From NCBI GenBank assembly GCA_030295235.1, contig AP026162.1, positions 1,922,001-1,986,000 of the forward strand: a DNA stretch of 64,000 nt, written 5' to 3'. The notes under the pieces are model-generated. The model was given only the letters and a program-made list of their open reading frames with translations. It was not told the DNA's origin and made no database searches. Positions 60,578-64,000 of the stretch are shown piece by piece (position 1 is the stretch's first letter; every line of letters begins with the position of its first letter). Both the position numbers and the translations under genes were made by a program. Source of the DNA: Fistulifera solaris (lineage: Eukaryota).

Positions 60578-61075
60578 GGCTAATCCTCACTTCTACAAAG
60601 TTTCGTTGTTTTATCAAATGGAAGCGATAACGATAGAACACACTCGCAGGTTGAATATAATCAATTTTCAGTCATCATAAACCGCAACAATCTGTGCTGT
60701 CCCCGTCCCTGCTCCCTGGAGCAAAAACGCGGAGGAGAAAAAAAGGCGACGAGTGATAGTGGTTGTCAAGAATAGTCTATCTCGAACCTCAATGCAGGAT
60801 TGAAGGCCTTTGAAACGGTCAATTAACGTCTATTTCAGGGACTATTCTATTGAGTGTGGGCGGAAATCAACAGTCAAAAGAACGAGAATAAGAATTAATT
60901 GTAGCAACATGTCACAAAATGGCCGGCGCGCGTACGGTAAAAAATCAAATGCATGCATGATGCATGCGATGCAATGCAAAAGCAGCCTCTTCACATTCTC
61001 TCATCTCAATGCTGTCGTGAATCTCTTGCATGCAAATACTTTTGTCAAAGTAGCGAACAAACGTTAATTACCAAC

Positions 61076-61962
61076 ATGACTTTAGGGGAAGAGACAACTG
61101 TTCGAGTTATAGCCCCAGCTACGCTCGAGGAGGGATATCAATTCGACGTCTTGGTGTACGGAAAACCGTACACCGTTACTGTACCCGTCGGCGGTGTTTA
61201 CGAAGGCGAAGAGTTTGAAGTTCCCTATGACGAGGACAACATCGTCAATGACGGATACGATGACGAATATACTCGTGAAGGAGGGACCCTCCCGGCTCAT
61301 TCGTCAAGCCAGGATGTCGAGGAAGGAGAAGAACGCGAGAACGGAGATAAAAAAGATAGTTTGGGTGATGCATCCGTTCCACGACGAGACGCTTCGGGGG
61401 CACCACTTGGACATTGGCGCTACAGGGTGTGTGCCTGCTGTGATGTTCTTACCCAAGCTACTTTTTGGATGGCCTTTTGCTGTACACCCGTGTTGCTGGC
61501 TCAGCTTTTAACGCGTCTGCAACTGAATTGGAATGGTCAGGCTGCTAGATCAGCCGCTGAAGCAAGCCTCACATTCAATCGAATAGTTCTGAGCTTTGTG
61601 GCAGTTCTGGTCTTTGGTCAGTTTACTCCAGGGATAAGTCCGATCATCGTCCTTGCCTATCTATTGTTGCTTCTCTTTTTGTCGGAAGCAACCTAAGAAA
61701 GACGATGCGAAAGCGATACGAAATCAAGTCAACAACAAACTTGAAGTGCTGCTGCTTTTGTATGAAAGAGGAGTCCTTCACAGTCGAGGACGCGGTGTGC
61801 ATGAGTGTTTGCGGGTGCTGTTCCCTCGTTCAAATGGCTCGACACACGCACGATGACAAAGAATACCCTGGTTTCTGTTGCACGACCACCGGCCTCGAAC
61901 TAGATGCTCCTGTTGTTCCGATTCTATCGAAATCTCAATCGCAAAAGAAGTACAGCTTGTAA
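61076..61962 (+). CDS. PLAC8-family Cys-rich membrane protein; frameshift near 61678
   Basis: GHWRYRVCACCD, AFCCTPVLLAQLLTRL, MRKRYEI, EDAVCMSVCGCCSLVQMARH; N-terminal VIAPATLEEGYQF. Confidence 0.85.
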
Positions 61963-62214
61963 TACTCCAATCCGCTAACTTCAAACAACTCAGCAACTCT
62001 GCGCCACAAAAACAATGCCACCGACAAGCACGCATCACACGCATCAGTGAAATACATGCTGATGACCGACTATGACTATCCACTTACTTCAACTACAGTA
62101 ACTTAATTCTAAAAATAATCTAGCTCCAAACACATACGGAGTATTTTTTTATTTTTTAAAAAAAGTTAAGCAATACTGGTAGTCTCGTTTGTCATAGATG
62201 ACTTCGTGCATCCT

Positions 62215-63502
62215 TGAAAATTTACTATGACACGGGGTGTTGGTTTACGCCTGCCAAGACTGGAATGTACAGTAGTCATGAACTGAACAACAAAGGAATA
62301 TGTTTTGCGTCTCTCGCATCCGTCCATTGTCATTCAACTGCAATTATAATCATAATTACGCGGGTAAATAAAGCTGCAACAATGATGACTCTGAACTACT
62401 TGTTAAGCGTTTCTATTATTTTCAAGTCGAAAATCCGAGGATCAATGCCTAGAATTTCCACTATGAACCGGAGTGTTGGTTTACGCCTGCCAAGACTGTG
62501 TTGTACAGTAGTCACGAATCATGAACCGAACAACAAAGGATTATGTTTTGCGTCTCTCGCATCCGTCCATTGTCATTCAACTGCAAATATAATCATAATT
62601 ACGGGTAAATAAAGTCGCAACAATGATGATTCTGAACTACTCACTCGTCTACGATTTTCTTTTCTTTTCACGTCTATAATCCGAGGATCGATGAATTAAT
62701 TTTCCACTATGCAACGGCGTGTTGGTTTACGCCTGCCAAGACTGTGTTGTACAGTAGTCACGAATCATGAACCGAACAACAAAGGATTATGTTTTGCGTC
62801 TCTCGCATCCGTCCATTGTCATTCAACTGCAAATATAATCATAATTACGGGTAAATAAAGTCGCAACAATGATGATTCTGAACTACTCACTCGTCTACGA
62901 TTTTCTTTTCTTTTCACGTCTATAATCCGAGGATCGATGAATTAATTTTCCACTATGCAACGGCGTGTTGGTTTACGCCTGCCAAGACTGTGTTGTACAG
63001 TAGTCACGAATCATGAACCGAACAACAAAGGATTATGTTTTGCGTCTCTCGCATCCGTCCATTGTCATTCAACTGCAAATATAATCATAATTACGGGTAA
63101 ATAAAGTCGCAACAATGATGATTCTGAACTACTCACTCGTCTACGATTTTCTTTTCTTTTCACGTCTATAATCCGAGGATCAATGCCTCGAATTTCCACT
63201 ATGCAACGGCGTGTTGGTTTACGCCTGCCAAGACTGTGTTGTACAGTAGTCACGAATCATGAACCGAACAACAAAGGATTATGTTTTGCGTCTCTCGCAT
63301 CCGTCCATTGTCATTCAACTGCAAATATAATCATAATTACGGGTAAGTAAAGTCGCAACAATGATGATTCTGAACTACTTGTCTACGATTTTCTTTTCTT
63401 TTCACGTCTATAATCCGAGGATCGATGAATTAATTTTCCACTATGCAACGGCGTGTTGGTTTACGTCAGCCAAGACTGGATTGTACAGTAGTCATGAATC
63501 AC
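62215..63502. repeat. Tandem array of ~246-bp units (~5.2 copies)
   Basis: GTGTTGGTTTACG at 62237, 62473, 62719, 62965, 63211 and 63453 (periods 236, 246, 246, 246, 242). Inner copies are nearly identical; outer copies are diverged. Confidence 0.96.
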
Positions 63503-63775
63503 AATTGTTTCACTTGTCGTGACGCTTGGTGACGATGCCTTTCACAAAAACAAAACGTCGCCTTTGACATAACAACAAAGCAATGTCGAGTTCATTACCA
63601 TCTTTGGCTCCTCTTACTATACTAAATGAAATCAATAAACAGGTGTTTCTGCTTCGTTTTCTCTTTAACAGCGGCTAAAGCAACAATCAACCGTCAAACA
63701 TCTTTGAAGCAGACGGAAATTCTGTATATACGTTGGAGCCTAGTTGACACAAACGCTTGCATAGATAACTGAGAA

Positions 63776-64000
63776 ATGTGTGATGGCACGGAGAAGAAGA
63801 GAATCAGAAGCGTTGAAACCGAAGCCATGCACGGCTTATCGAAATCCGGCACCCCGGCCGGAGGCTGGCCGTCTTCTACAACTGTCCTGCATCAGAAGGT
63901 CGAGCATGTAGTTTCTCCGCGTACGCAAAAATGTGGGCATGTTATGTTTTCACCTCCACAGAGATTCAGGGTATTGGAATTGGAACCGATGGCTGATACC
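63776..64000 (+). other. ORF open to the window end (MCDGTEKKRIRSVET...), coding status uncertain
   Basis: 75 stop-free codons from ATG 63776, but it overlaps a copy of the 32-bp repeat motif and no family is recognised. Confidence 0.25.

Overview
Gene-dense eukaryotic nuclear DNA, most likely a pennate diatom. This is an inference from short GT-AG introns, ASAFAP-type bipartite plastid presequences and diatom-style LRR and SET-like proteins. The window holds about 35 protein genes: RACK1, USP39/SAD1, mRpL46, NDUFB7, V-ATPase D, BRX1, NDUFC2-like, TOM7, a LAMMER kinase, TRM11-like, prenylcysteine oxidase, deoxyhypusine synthase, an M16A insulinase, CSE1, a CTL-like transporter, SAC3/GANP, DUF179, TAF10, FIP1, PLAC8 and several hypotheticals. 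It also holds an intron-containing tRNA-Tyr(GTA), three tandem-repeat arrays and one ~650-bp non-coding duplication. Many genes are broken by single-base frameshifts, mostly at homopolymer runs, which look like assembly errors and hide genes in the ORF track. Best leads: (1) a candidate intronic box C/D snoRNA in the BRX1 intron, antisense to 18S rRNA; (2) a frameshift-hidden PEX26/APEM9-like tail-anchored protein; (3) a recurrent palindromic upstream element, TCAYGACTG-N5-CAGTCRTGA, with at least 7 copies; (4) a higher-order palindromic satellite (4 x ~52 bp); (5) a membrane-anchored double SET-like protein; (6) a split, extended TAF10 and a degenerate SNF2-type pseudo-ATPase. No CRISPR array or transposase was found. 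All family assignments come from motif recognition by eye; no database search was run.
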